Source: Marsupella aquatica (lineage: Eukaryota > Plantae > Marchantiophyta). From it: a stretch of DNA of 64,000 nt. The translations under genes were made by a program, and so were the position numbers. Shown one piece after another: positions 1 through 11,723 of the stretch; position 1 is the first letter of the stretch, and every line of letters begins with the position of its first letter. Under the pieces are notes generated by a model, which ran no database searches, was not told the DNA's origin, and saw only the letters and a list, made by a program, of their open reading frames with translations. Where the stretch lies: positions 1,700,515 to 1,764,514 of the forward strand of contig OZ316897.1 in assembly GCA_973895155.1 (NCBI GenBank). The letters run 5' to 3'.

Positions 1-336
1 AAATCTGCATTGGCACCCTTTGTGGTAATGGTCATGGTCAGCAGACAGTTTGCTTCCTTTCCCTGTCTTGGGCTTGTCTTTGGGATCAGCAATACTTTTG
101 TTATTACGCAATGGCGCCTTCCTGTGGTCAGGAGTCCCAAACTCACAGTAATACTCAATTTTACGGACCCACCTGTGTGGTCCTCCAACATCTCATTTTT
201 TCTTGGAGTCACGGGTGATAAAGCATGTCATTGCACGCGGGCATCGACTACCCTCACCCTTCACAAAGTCTAGTAACCTATCAGATGGAATATAAGCTTG
301 GTCCTTAATTTGAGTCCCAATTGAGATCATTGGCAT
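1..336 (-). pseudogene. N-terminal part of a MULE-related / SWIM zinc-finger family protein (At4g13970/At1g60560-like); runs off the window start
   Basis: Reading through the TGA at 193-195 gives QAYIPSDRLLDFVKGEGSRCP...IEYYCEFGTPDHRK...KGCQCRF, which matches the family pattern ALIPxxRVxDFVRGE...YWCSFGPDDHRK...KRGCxCHF. Confidence 0.65.
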
Positions 337-1359
337 TGAAAGGACCCTGCCTCCCAATCCTCTACAGCAATGACAACTGTGGAGCGACAACCCTTTGTCT
401 CTTTCCAGCCGCAGGTGTATTGGTGGGCAAAAAAAAACTGCATTGAGACATTCTAGTCTATACTTTAGATGCAAAGTCTCACCAGATTCCGCCTCACCAA
501 TATTTGAAAATGCAATGTACAAAACTTTGAAACACAAAAAGGGGTTTTACCTTCTTGTACGTTATCCATTGCACACAAGATAGGAGCCCACCAGCGCACC
601 CTACAGCATGGCGATGGGCATGGACAATTCGGACTGCGATATTTGTAAGTTTGAAAATTTTGTCACCGTATGACATCTTCGGAGGCAGGAATGCAAATGG
701 CGGAGGATGGCGACATTGCACTCATTGATGTTAGACCATCGGCGTTCGGAATTCGACAGATAATCGACATTTAACAAACCATCCGCATTCCACTGATGAG
801 AAGCATTCGGTTCTTCACAAGTCTTCCAGTAGTCGACTCCATTGTACATCTTGTTTGAGCTTGAAATCCTGTGTCAGCTCGAAATGGAAGAATCCGTAGC
901 GGAATGTAGCCATGACGCCTAGTTCACGTGAATTCAAAATCGATAAAACTTGATGCCAAGGAAGAAATTTGAGTCCACATGGAGGAATCGAGCTCTGGAA
1001 TGAACACAAGATTTAGAGAGACTGTATCCATCCCGCGCAAATTCACAAATGGCGGCAACATTGAAAGCGGTGTACGAGCAATTTCCGCGCTCTTCGAGTT
1101 CATCAGTCGTTGATTGTTGAATATTTGAAACGTAACATTGTGGTATGTTCTAAACATCCACAATATGGGCAGAACATACATGATATGGGCAGAACATCCA
1201 TGTAGCGGTTTAATTTCATTTGGGACGGAAAGGCTGAGACGGAGAATGGCGGACGGAGAATAGCGGACGGAGTATGATGCACCTGCCCTGGCTGCCCTGC
1301 CCGGCTCTGGCTGCCATGCCCTACTTGCCCTGCCCAGCCCTTGCTGCCCTGCCCTGGCT

Positions 1360-2294
1360 TGTTAGGATTTACTCTTAGGTCTAGAGTTACGAATGTACCG
1401 TAGTTAAGACTAACCTTAGTCGCAGACTTGGTTAGGTTAGTCATGCTATGCACACTCTATAACCAAGCGGTTGGATAGACTTATCACTGAGATGGGATTG
1501 CCATAGGGGAATGTGAAGCTCCATTATGATAGTCAGAATGCACTCCACCTTGCTGTGAACCAACTGATGGACAGCAGAGTGAAGCACATCGACGTTAGGT
1601 ACCATTTTATCAGGCAGGCTGTGTCTGATAATATGTTTGAGCTAGTCAAGATTGGAGGTAAACTCAACCCGGCTGACGCTTTTACCAAAGTGATTCCTTT
1701 GGAGAGTTTTTCTAGACACCGTGATGCGTTGCAGGTTTTGCAATTGCCTCACAAGTAGGGTTACTTAACATTTGAGTAGATACTGAGATATGCTCTTGCT
1801 CATTCCTTGTATAGGCTACGGCTTAGTTTTGGTCTACTCTCGTATAAAGAGGGAAAATTTGGTTTGGTTTTTCTTTCCAGAACTTCCCGCTGAGCAATTG
1901 TATTGGTAGCAGTCTTTACCCTCCCCTAGACCAGAGTCAAGGAAGAGATTGTTAGGATTTACTCTTAGGTCTAGAGTTACGAATGTACCGTAGTTAAGAC
2001 TAACCTTAGTCGCAGACTTGGTTAGGTTAGTCATGCTATGCACACTCTATAACCAAGCGATGTTTGCTTGGAGAGGTGGAACTCAGGCTCATTGTTATGG
2101 AGCCAGTTGAGAGATAGGGAGAGCTTGTGCTGTAGATGCTTGGTATGGCCGGGCGGCCTAGAGTGCAGTAAAGCTCTTGTGTGTTCCCGTGGACGTAGCC
2201 TCATGTGGAGGTGAACCACGTATCTCTTTGTGTCGACTATTGTGCGTTGGATGGTTCATGGGCTTGCTGTTGCGATTATCATCTATGCTCAACA
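1360..2294 (+). mobile_element. Internally deleted Ty1/Copia LTR retrotransposon
   Basis: TG at 1360 and CA at 2294; flanks TGGCT/TGGTT (5-bp TSD, 1 mismatch); 1360-1469 is identical to 1950-2059; full 3' LTR 1950-2294; purine tract just before 1950. Confidence 0.9.
1470..1758 (+). pseudogene. Copia RNase H C-terminal fragment
   Basis: LHYDSQNALHLAVN...SRVKHIDVRYHFIR...NPADAFTK, the standard Copia RNase H motifs. Confidence 0.92.
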
Positions 2295-3190
2295 TGGTTG
2301 CCTGCCCTGCCTGTTTGCTACCCACCCTGCCCTGCCCAACTTGTTTACCCCGTACCATTTGACGAACAGCTGCAAAAGAAATTTTGGATGAATGTAAAGG
2401 CACATTGTCTAGGAAAGTAGTACAGGGTATCACGTATCGTATCCTGCCAGATTTTGATGTGCAATTACCAGTAGGGGTTACTTTGGCAAAGATGAGGTGG
2501 CGATGACAGCGATGCATTGGATTTTTTCATTCAAGGAGATGAGTCCCTGGAACAGCATTAATTGTACCTCAAGACTCCCCCATAGCCTACCTGAGGGACC
2601 ACCCTGAGCTTTCCCCTTTTTGCACCCATTTCTTTTCAGGCCATGACCTTACACTTGCGGCTCCCTCTCAATTAGGGCGTCTCAAAGCTGGCCCGTAACC
2701 AATAGTTACGGGCCAGCCAAGCAGCCCATAACGACACTTGCGGGCATCACTTATGGACCGGATAATTAGCCGGTCCCATGGTTTGACCCGCCCCTTAAGG
2801 AGCTACTTACGATGTCTTACCCGCTCAAAGTAGGAGTAAAGTATCCCTTCCCTCTCGGGCAGTACTTGGCCGTAAGGCGCTGAAATGTGCCATGACAGTC
2901 CTGAACCCAGGTGCTCCTCATAAGTGTCCCGTCGTTTCCCAGCGAAGCTATCGCCATAGTTTCTGTTGTTCAAATTTCAAATGCACTTCTTCCCACCAAA
3001 GCGATTATCCGGAGCTTCATTTAGCTTCAACGTTGGGCTCCATGGCGATGGTCAATGTAGCTCTGTCTCCAGAACATATAGGTGAGACTCATCCAGATAT
3101 CAGAGAAATTGCTATTCGATTGTACGTGCAGACCGCTAGAGAAGTGTAGAGAAATCGACAGAAGCTGCTCCTCCCAATTCATGTACAACC

Positions 3191-4479
3191 ATGGCACAAT
3201 CAGGCAGCCAAGGTCATGTGAGAGCAAGGAGTTCATTCCAACCTCCACAGGCTAACTCTAGCAATGCCCCCTGTACAGGTGATAAATTTAGGCTGGAGGA
3301 TCATGACTACGAATGCATCGTTTCATACTTGGAAATTCCAGAGAATTTCCAAGCAATTACAGGTGGAGGAAGGAAGACTCGAGTGGGTGGAAAGTATCAA
3401 AGCAAGACAACACTCTTCAAATCCATGCTTGCTACAATGCAACATCATGGCTTTCCCAAGGAGATCACTGCACCAAATTTGACAAAGAGATTCCAGAGGT
3501 ATGTGAAGCGGTACAAAGAGGCAAGAGAGGTGAAAATGCAATCAAGTGGAGGGCTGAATGAAGACAAGTTGGAAGCAGGGATTACATTGGAGAGCAAACT
3601 AAACCGATTGTGTCCACACTTTGAAAGAATGCATGCAATCTTTGGGGAGCGACCGAATGTGGCACCACCAGTGGAAGGGGACTGTGGAGTTGAGGATTCT
3701 GACCTTGTCTTTCCTGACACCAATGCTGAATCAGATTTTGAGTCAGCATTTGGTAATGAGAATGATAATCCCAATGTTTACCATGTCCCTTCCAACACTA
3801 CCATCGTTCTTGAAGGTACTGATCATTTACCTTATTGATTGTTGTACTTCAATTTCTTCAATTACAGAACAACAGAATGTTCATTTGCTCACATTTGTCA
3901 TTTCTCTCTATTGTAGACACACCAGTGCCAACACCTGGGCAATCAATCCATAATGCTCCTCAAGTGAGGCCAACACCAGAGACTCTTGCAAATGTAAACT
4001 ATGGCAATTCTTTCTGGACCGAATTAGAGCAGATGGCAGAAATTGGTAAGCATGTACATAACTGCACATGTGCAGCATGTACAGAGTCTTGCCTAGTTCA
4101 AGTTGGTGAAAATCGACCAATGCAGGGTCCACCATGTACTCCAATTGAGTTCAACACCCCAGCCAAGTCTGTTTCAGAGGCCATGCCTCCTCCAACAGGG
4201 AAGAAGCCTGCAAAAACACCACCGGCTGGACAGAAGGATTTGCACAACACTTCCAAGACAAATTTTGCTGCCATATATGCAGACAGGAACAACATGAAGG
4301 CAGACTACCGAAAGGAATTAATTCAAAGTCAAGATCGATGGAAGACCCAAGAGCTAGCAGATCGGAGGGAGGCCAGGGTGGACACTGCATTGCAGGCTGC
4401 AGCACAGAAGAAACTTGATTGTAAACACCAGTTTGCTATTGAAGCAAAAGCTGCCAAAAATGCACGAAAGAGACTTTGA
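3191..4479 (+). CDS. Harbinger-associated Myb/SANT-like DNA-binding protein (spliced; probable premature stop at 4477-4479, coding may have run to ~4606)
   Basis: RFQRYVKRYKEA...SGGL...KLNRLCPHFERMHAIFGERPNV motif; a GT-AG intron at 3816-3916 joins ORFs 3191..3838 and 3835..4479 in frame. Confidence 0.8.
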
Positions 4480-4816
4480 TCAGACCAAGAGCATGCACAG
4501 GAGATGGCACGGCAAGCACAAAGAGCTGCTCTTTTGACTATACTCGGTAGTAACAAGACTCCTGCCAAAAATAAAGGAGTTACTGCCCCTGGTGAAAGAG
4601 GACTAGTTTTGGTTCCAAGCAATTTAGAATTCCATTCATGTTGCATGTGTAGTAGGTGCCAAACTGTACAAGTATGAGTGTAAAAGACTAAAATCCATAT
4701 TATTAATAAAGGTGGTACATGTTGTTATACATTCCTGGTCAAATGTCGCCCTCAGTTTTCACTGTCAAATGCCTTGTAAACTATGGAATCTCATAATCTC
4801 AACATCGTGACATCGC

Positions 4817-4904
4817 GACATCGCAGATACTTGAAATCTTGGAATGATGATATCATGACATCGCAGATACTTGAAATCTTGGAATGATGATATCATGACA
4901 TCGC
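4817..4904. repeat. Perfect 40-bp tandem duplication
   Basis: GACATCGCAGATACTTGAAATCTTGGAATGATGATATCAT twice, plus a partial third copy. Confidence 0.95.
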
Positions 4905-4980
4905 GACATGATTCATCTGCGACATTTGTACTAACAAAAAGTGAATTGAGAAACCTCTCCTCAAATGGCAACTATGCGAA

Positions 4981-5718
4981 TCACTTATTCTTTTGCACTA
5001 TGGGATTAGGCTGAGGTGGTGGTTCTCTCGTAATGGAATTACGAGACACAGCTTCCAAAATTGCTTCCCTCACATCAGTATGATGTGTTGAAAAAGGGAG
5101 AGACTTCAACTGAACTCCATAACTAATCAGCGGCAAATGTTGACGTACAAACATGTACTGAACCCGAGTGGCCTCCATAGCAGCTCCTATGACATCCCAG
5201 TTTGTGAAACTAGTATAGTAAACTTTCGGAAATCTCTTCAAGTATGCATCTATATCAACCAAGTCCAGCTCCATGCCATGAAACATTGCCATAGTTCTAG
5301 TGAAAAAATCCATGTAACTTCTTATCTGTGTCGTGGAGATGTCATCCCACTTCTGCTGACACACATGCCGAGGGGTGAAGGGCACAATGGTGTTCACAGG
5401 ATCCCTTGGGAGATGCCCAACCGGATTTGTCCTATTCATTTGATTCAAGAAGTTCATCATGAACCTCAAAGAATATACAGGCAAGTTCCCAAAGAAAGAG
5501 CAAAGGAGCTCACTGCCCTCCACTTGTAAGTCCCTATACAAGACCATCATTGCTAGTGTGGGTCGGAAATGTTCACCTTCTTGCCAGAACTCATCAAATT
5601 GAGCTAACTCAATCTGAAAAGGTGCTAGTACTGGGAGGTTGAATATGAATTGACATTCACCTTTCTTCAACTTGTAAAACCTCCAGAACTCATTGATTGG
5701 GCCATTCATAGTCGACAC
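4981..5718 (-). CDS. Harbinger cargo ORF, unknown domain (paralog of 8670-9188); possibly the frameshifted C-terminus of 5706-7292
   Basis: 245-aa ORF overlapping the upstream ORF by 13 nt; aligns by eye with ORF 8670..9188. Confidence 0.65.
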   Translation of the reverse strand: MSTMNGPINEFWRFYKLKKGECQFIFNLPVLAPFQIELAQFDEFWQEGEHFRPTLAMMVLYRDLQVEGSELLCSFFGNLPVYSLRFMMNFLNQMNRTNPVGHLPRDPVNTIVPFTPRHVCQQKWDDISTTQIRSYMDFFTRTMAMFHGMELDLVDIDAYLKRFPKVYYTSFTNWDVIGAAMEATRVQYMFVRQHLPLISYGVQLKSLPFSTHHTDVREAILEAVSRNSITREPPPQPNPIVQKNK

Positions 5719-7292
5719 CAGCGCACATAATTTGCAAATCTCTTCAGTTGTTGTACTGGAGTCACTGATTCCACTCGAATGGTTGGTGTGAAGGTTGTTT
5801 GTGTGGCTTCATCCACCATTTCCCTAAACTGCTTCCTCTGCATTGGGGGCTTAGCTGGAATTGAACTGAAATATAATTTTAACATAGCCACAATATTGGG
5901 TTCTTGCCCAATGGGGACCCGTGTAACAGGGAGCTGCACAATTGGCTCCAACACAGGCTCCAACACATCCGTGTCAGTTGCAATAGGCAATGTGGGAGGA
6001 CTATTTCCAACAGGTGAATAGTCAGACATAGGACTGAATCCCTCACTCAAATCCTCAGCTCTTTCCCTATGAGCATCGCATAATGATGGTCCTGGGCTGT
6101 GCAATGGAGTTTGAGCTTTTGAAGGAGGAAGTAAATCAAACAGCATATTCAAAATTTTCTCCCGTGGACAACTAAGAATGTACATGGCCTGCTGCACAAT
6201 GTCGCTATTAATCCTAGCCTCACGTGCCTCATTGGCACTCATTGGAGTCCCTCTCGGGCCACGTGGAGAGGCATTTGGTATCTGCAAATCTTGGCCTTCG
6301 AAGTCATCAGTGTCTGCCTCTGCATTGCAGTGGCCTCCAATGCTCATATTGTCATTGTCCACGTTGTGTTCAACGTCCATTGGTTGCAGGCCATTGTCAG
6401 CCACCACTTCAAGTCCAGCTGCATCGTTGTCGGGTTCTGCATCGCTCTCGGGTTCTGCTTCGCTCTCGTGTTCTACATCGCTCTTGGGTTTTGCTTTGCT
6501 CTTGGGTTCTGCATCGCTCTCGGGTTCTGCATCGCTCAGGAGTTCTGCATTGCTCTTGGGTTTTGCATCACTCTCGGGTTCTGAATCATTGTTGGATTGT
6601 GATTGCCAATCATCTGGCACCTGAATCCCAATGTGCGCTATTAATTGCTTCCTCATCCGTTTCTCATAATCCAATAAGCAGTTCCTGTACCAATACAATT
6701 GCGCTAGGTAGTTTTGCAAGTATGTTGGTTTCCCCAAGGCCAGATGCTTCAGCTGATCAAAAATGACATTCCTAAGCAATAGAGCCCAATTTATGGTGCT
6801 CATCCCCTTCCAAGCTGCTATTGTAGTATTTGCCAGGCTGACAGGTGCCACAGACGACTTCCTTGGATGGAAATTTGGGACTAGAAATTGCATCAGAAGG
6901 CGGCAGTCGTGGTCAATGCACTGGCTGACCTTCCAACCACAACTCATTTTCCTCCCCCCACCAAAATATGAGTCAGACAAGGTATTGTGTTTAGAGTAAA
7001 GGCCTTCACCTTCCCAAGGGCATTGAAAAGCATCAGCTACAAAGTGGAGACTCCATTCCTGTGGTTTGCCTCTAACACCGTCTGTCGCATGGGACCTCCT
7101 CGGCCTTGGAACTAACAATTTGTCAACGTAAGAGATAGATAGCACGCCCCAAGGAATGAACATCAATGTTGTCAGTTTCATTTTCCCCAACATTCCATGC
7201 AACTTCTTCACATCTTGTAGTGACGTTGGGAGCTCCGCCAAAACCTTTTTAGGTACTGCAACGACATCCGGCTCCTCATGCACAGTCACCAT
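5706..7292 (-). CDS. Harbinger cargo ORF: plant-mobile-domain/Transposase_32-like N-terminal domain followed by acidic repeats
   Basis: 528-aa ORF with IPW...VRGKP...LMQFLVP...INWALLL...YLAQLY motifs and EPESDA repeats; the family assignment is by eye. Confidence 0.6.
   Translation of the reverse strand: MVTVHEEPDVVAVPKKVLAELPTSLQDVKKLHGMLGKMKLTTLMFIPWGVLSISYVDKLLVPRPRRSHATDGVRGKPQEWSLHFVADAFQCPWEGEGLYSKHNTLSDSYFGGGRKMSCGWKVSQCIDHDCRLLMQFLVPNFHPRKSSVAPVSLANTTIAAWKGMSTINWALLLRNVIFDQLKHLALGKPTYLQNYLAQLYWYRNCLLDYEKRMRKQLIAHIGIQVPDDWQSQSNNDSEPESDAKPKSNAELLSDAEPESDAEPKSKAKPKSDVEHESEAEPESDAEPDNDAAGLEVVADNGLQPMDVEHNVDNDNMSIGGHCNAEADTDDFEGQDLQIPNASPRGPRGTPMSANEAREARINSDIVQQAMYILSCPREKILNMLFDLLPPSKAQTPLHSPGPSLCDAHRERAEDLSEGFSPMSDYSPVGNSPPTLPIATDTDVLEPVLEPIVQLPVTRVPIGQEPNIVAMLKLYFSSIPAKPPMQRKQFREMVDEATQTTFTPTIRVESVTPVQQLKRFANYVRWCRL
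6420..6590. repeat. 18-bp coding minisatellite (EPESDA/EPKSxA units)
   Basis: Repeated GGGTTCTGCATCGCTCTC-like units. Confidence 0.9.
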
Positions 7293-8669
7293 CGCGGCTT
7301 GAAAAAAAGTCAGTTCTCAATGTTGGGCAGCTGCACATTGCGGTATGAAGGCATTTCAATACCACATTTGGATGTGCGAAGGTTTAAGCAAAACGCGCCC
7401 AAAGTTCAAAGCGAGGTTTAGGGTATAGGGTACGTATGCGCATTGGTGGGAAATATACCTTCTGAAATATGTAGTTTGCTATGAAGAACCAAAAAACACA
7501 TTTAAAGGTCTTCAAACTCGGTATTCGTTCCCGTAAAGAACAAGATGGGGTTGATTTGATACATAAAAACACAAATGAGAGTTTAAGAACTCTCTTTAAC
7601 ACATAGTAATCAGAATTGATTACTTTAATAAGGTATTTTGAAGATCGCTCCATAGCGGTGAGTGGTTTTCAATGACAACTCAGCATCATGTAACCATAAA
7701 TTAATAAAAAGGGAATGATTAACAAAACACAAGGAAAAATATCTCAAAGTATGCTAAGGGAGTCTGGAATTTTCCAAGGTTACTCCTTAGACATAAGTCA
7801 AAATGAAAAGACTTAAGGATACAAATCCATATTGCTTTTCAGATCTAAATTGCTTACTAGAGTACCTTTTAAAATGCCGTCAACATGTCTTATCCTTTCT
7901 TTCTAAGTGGTACTCAGATGAGATCTAAAAGGTAGCTACTTCAACATTTAGATGGTACTAAGCACCATGAAAGAAAATCCATCAATTTCAAATAAGACTT
8001 AAACTCAGTGAGTTAACTCCAAGAACTCAGGAGATTGTAATGAGTCACCAAAGAGGAATCTGTCATCAGATCTCATAAGATTTACACAATTGGAATTTTA
8101 CTTCCCATGATTTATTCAAAGGATTAAACCACAAGAAGGAGGAAAGTCTTCTCCTGGTGTCAAGCTTGATCTCGAACTCTTAACATTCATGATCATCTAG
8201 CAGAACACCAAGGAAAGACAAAAATTGCTAAACTTTACCATGATCTACACTAGTGGTGGAGGGGTCTTATAGTAAAAATCTACAGAGTAAGAGGTCACAG
8301 GGTCGAAGAGACATGCCTCTTCATACCCCTCAAAAAGTTAAAATGACGATTTAGTAAGTGAAAATCCGGAAAAATGGCTAAGTATGAACTCGTAACTAGT
8401 AAACTATTAACTCATAATCGGCTGTCTATCGGAACTCGTAATCGAAAACTAGGAACTCGTAATGCGATATTGTTAAAGACTTAGGGAATTCAACTATTTT
8501 TAACTTCCTAACTATAAGTCAAAAAACTCTAAGATTTTTCCAGCAGGTTTTCCTAGGTACAGACTATACACTGAGGAAGTATGAGAGCTTCGAAAGTCTT
8601 AGAACACATTTATAAAAATCAGATAAGATGCATTACTCCTAAACTTAACTAAAAACACTTAAGACTTCT

Positions 8670-9292
8670 TCAAGCTTGTTGTCGGATGTCGTCTGGTTCC
8701 AGCAACTCCACAAGGGTAACAATTCGGTTCTGAGTAACCTCCATCAGTTCAGCTTGGCGTGGGGATCCTCTGGAGTATGGTAGGCACCTCAGTTGTCTCT
8801 CAGGATACATCAAAGGCATCCTCTTCATCAAATAACATGAGTCTATACGAAGAGCTTCTCTGTACATCCCGATCACATCATAGTTGTTGCAGGTAGCAGC
8901 ATACACTTGGGGATAATGAAACAGGAACTCATCACTACTCATCATCCTAGAATAGAAGGGTCGAAGTCTCCATCTGACATCTCTGAAGTATCGGTTGAAT
9001 TCAGCTAGAGTCTGAGAAGTGACATTATTCCAGATCCTCTGTTTCTCAGCCAATGTACTGGTTGAAACAAGGGTAACCTTGGGTCTTTGTGGTATGTAAT
9101 CGTGTTGTAGAGCAGTAGACTTCTTGCTCTGCATCAAGAAGGAAACCACAAAATCCAAGGCATAGGCTGCTGCTGTAAGGAAGTCCATAAATTTGCATAG
9201 CTATCGGGCGCTTGTGGAATTCGGGCGACTATGCTCTTAGGAATTGCCAGAGTGTCAACTCGGTACTGTTCATCAATGCTGAGGTTCGCCAT
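8670..9292 (-). CDS. Second Harbinger cargo gene of unknown function (open 8670-9188; probable frameshifted start at 9292)
   Basis: YPQVYAATCNNYDVIG...EALR...MPLM...QLRCLPYS aligns with FPKVYYTSFTNWDVIG...EATR...LPLI...QLKSLPFS of 4981..5718. Confidence 0.65.
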
Positions 9293-9449
9293 AGCTCTCA
9301 TCCGTTATGTTGAGTGCGCTAAGGAGTGGGGAAGCTGGTAGAATCAACAGAGGTGGCAGGAATTAAGTCAGGGGTGAGCACCCGAAGTCTAATTTGCCTT
9401 TTCTTCAATTCGCGTTTGCCATCCCGTTGCTAAGTCCCGTTGGAAGTAG

Positions 9450-9652
9450 CCGTAAGACGTCGCAATCATTGGCCGCCAACTCGTAAGGCACAACTCGTAA
9501 AGCCCTAACTAGTAAGTCGTAACTAGCATACTCGTAACTAGTATACTGTCGCAACCCCGTAACTCGTAACTCGTAACTCGTGACTCGTGACTAGGAAACT
9601 CGTAATAGGAGTTTACTCGTAAACTTACTTTAAACTTGGGAACCGTAACTTG
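9450..9652. repeat. Cluster of (C/T)CGTAA(CT) heptamer repeats
   Basis: About a dozen CGTAA/CGTGA cores, including the tandem CGTAACT run near 9558-9592; three more at 8388-8465. Confidence 0.85.
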
Positions 9653-9977
9653 TAGACATAATGCTATCTCCATTCTGTTATCAACAATTAGAGGTTAAAC
9701 CCCATGAAAAAATTTAAAAAATTTCAGTTTCTTCATGATTTTGGAATTACCCACTACTTACAAAATAAACACTTGTCGTACAATACTGTTAATTGAGTTG
9801 GTATACCGCCACTCAATATTGAAAATGAGCATCTCTGTATCATTGCAGAGGCCAATATGAAAATGCAAATGTACGTGCCTAATAATAATGAGATAAAATG
9901 CGACACAGTGGGGAAGGTGAAAAACAAATATCGGAATGGGTATTAGAAGAAACATTTCATAGAATTATCTTAGGTTC

Positions 9978-11470
9978 AGTGGTGGACCTTGCCACCCAGC
10001 GCCCTCACCAATCCCAGTACTTGCGCCTAAGTGCCCTTGGTGTCCAAACGCCATCACGGAATACCTCGAGCAAGCATCCAAGTGCCTCTAGCACCACCAG
10101 CGGCCACTCCCATACAAAGCCGCACTTGCTCACATACACAACCGCTACTCAACGGTCATCACTGTTTGCACAAACAACCGAGCACCTCGACAAGTAACCC
10201 CTCCAGATCTAGAACTTGCCAAGTCTACCATCCTAACTCAAGCTCAACAGACGTTGGTAAATAGGTCAGCGATAGGTCCTCCCGACGCCATAAGCCGGAA
10301 CCAGAACCCACGCCCACTGTCCATCCAGGACAGCTCCTTCCTTGGGCGCGGCCCAGGTTCCCCCTCGTACCTATCCATCACCAACTGACCGCCTGACCCC
10401 AGGACATGCTCATGGCCCAAATAGCGTAGCTTGTCCTAAAGCTTGTCCCAAGCTTGTCTCAACACGCCGGGACCAGAATGGCCCTGACTCTAACACCAAC
10501 TCCCGGTTCATCTCACTGATGGTCTAGGGACCGAGCGCCCTTGGGACTCAGCCTCCATACCTACTTGGCCTTGCCTCCTCCAACGCAAGCTCCCTTGGGA
10601 GGCTGAACGCGGCTTGGCTGCTGTTCGGCAGGATTTGGCAAACGGGCGAGCTAACACCCGCAAACCACAAGAACCCATGGCACCCTCAGACCCAGCTGAG
10701 CTCAGGAGGGCGTAGCCCTTCTCAAGAGCTTTCCAACGCACCTAAGAAGTCCTCCAACGGACTTCCCGTTGGGAAGATATCGCCATTTCCGTTTGGCGGT
10801 TTCCCTTAGTGTCGCGACCGTCGCGGCTCACGACTTCGGCTCGCCCTTAGCCCCCAAGGAGACACCACTCCCATCATATATGCTTCTAGGGACCTGCCAC
10901 CCCCGAACCAGCTTTGGTCCCGAAACATTTGGCCCCCAACCCGGATCCCATCGCGCATAATGGGCGCGCCACCAACTGGCAACGCCCATAACTTTCTTGA
11001 TAGGCATCAGCAAGCGGAGTACCTTAGCCCGTTGTGACCGGGCCGACCCAGTGCTCATGCCTAGGCCCTCAGGTCTGATCAACGCTCGGGGCCCCCGACT
11101 GGCCCAACCCGGATCGGGCCACAACTTGCACCCCAAGCGTCCGTTGCCAATGGCATCAACTCCATTGGCCTTGGGCCTAAGAGGAGCTCACTCCCAAGCC
11201 CTCAGAACTCAAAGCCCATTTGATGGTCCGGACGGCCACCCTTGAGCCCGGCCCATTTCCCCTTGACCCAACCAGCCATAGGCTAGTCCAAGTCCTTAGT
11301 GTGTGTCCCCAGCTTGGCCCCTTGCCTCGCCAGTGCCACGTCTCATTGCCCACAAGTCTCCCCATGCTAAGCCCTCCCCGGATGGCCTATCCGGGCCTGG
11401 ACCATAAGGGAGCTCGGCGTTGGAGTCAGCAACGCCGAAGCTAAGTGTTAAATAGTCGAGTTCTGCGACT
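9978..11470 (-). repeat. 3' LTR of the chromovirus (AGT...ACT ends)
   Basis: Direct repeat of 47030-48521 with scattered, mostly transition, differences. Confidence 0.95.
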
Positions 11471-11474
11471 TGCA

Positions 11475-11483
11475 CCCCCCCTT
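11475..11483 (-). promoter_or_regulatory. Polypurine tract of the chromovirus
   Basis: AAGGGGGGG on the minus strand, 4 nt before the 3' LTR. Confidence 0.85.
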
Positions 11484-11723
11484 AAAAAATGGTCACATCC
11501 GCGTGACCTCAGTAAAGGTTCCAACATGCCTAGACCACTTTGGGCCTTAAAATTTTTATGAGGTAACAAACGGTTTGCCCATAAGGCTGATGCAAACCAG
11601 GTTGGTATGCGCATTCCAGACTTAGGAAATTCCAACCTATCCCACTTATCCAAGTAGGATGCCAGTCCAACCGGGTAAGCTAACTCCAAACTCGTCGGAC
11701 CCATTGTCTTCCCCTTGGGGTAC

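Larger units (their letters stand above)
1280..2356. repeat. GC-rich CTGCC(C) motif tract, possibly the terminal region of the MULE-like element; interrupted by the Copia insertion
   Basis: CTGCCCTG-type repeats at 1282-1359 resume at 2300-2340 and end at ...CCCCGTACC (2356; GG start on the minus strand). No partner TIR is in the window. Confidence 0.35.

Noticed and set aside
2520-2528. Foldback flanks GATTTTTTC and CTTTTTTAG (60344-60352) are mirror images
   Set aside because: Low-complexity T runs make chance likely, and I know no mechanism that produces mirror duplications.
9978-11470. Many short ORFs in the chromovirus LTRs (also 47030-48521)
   Set aside because: GC-rich sequence on both strands with no recognisable motifs; recurrence only reflects the LTR duplication.
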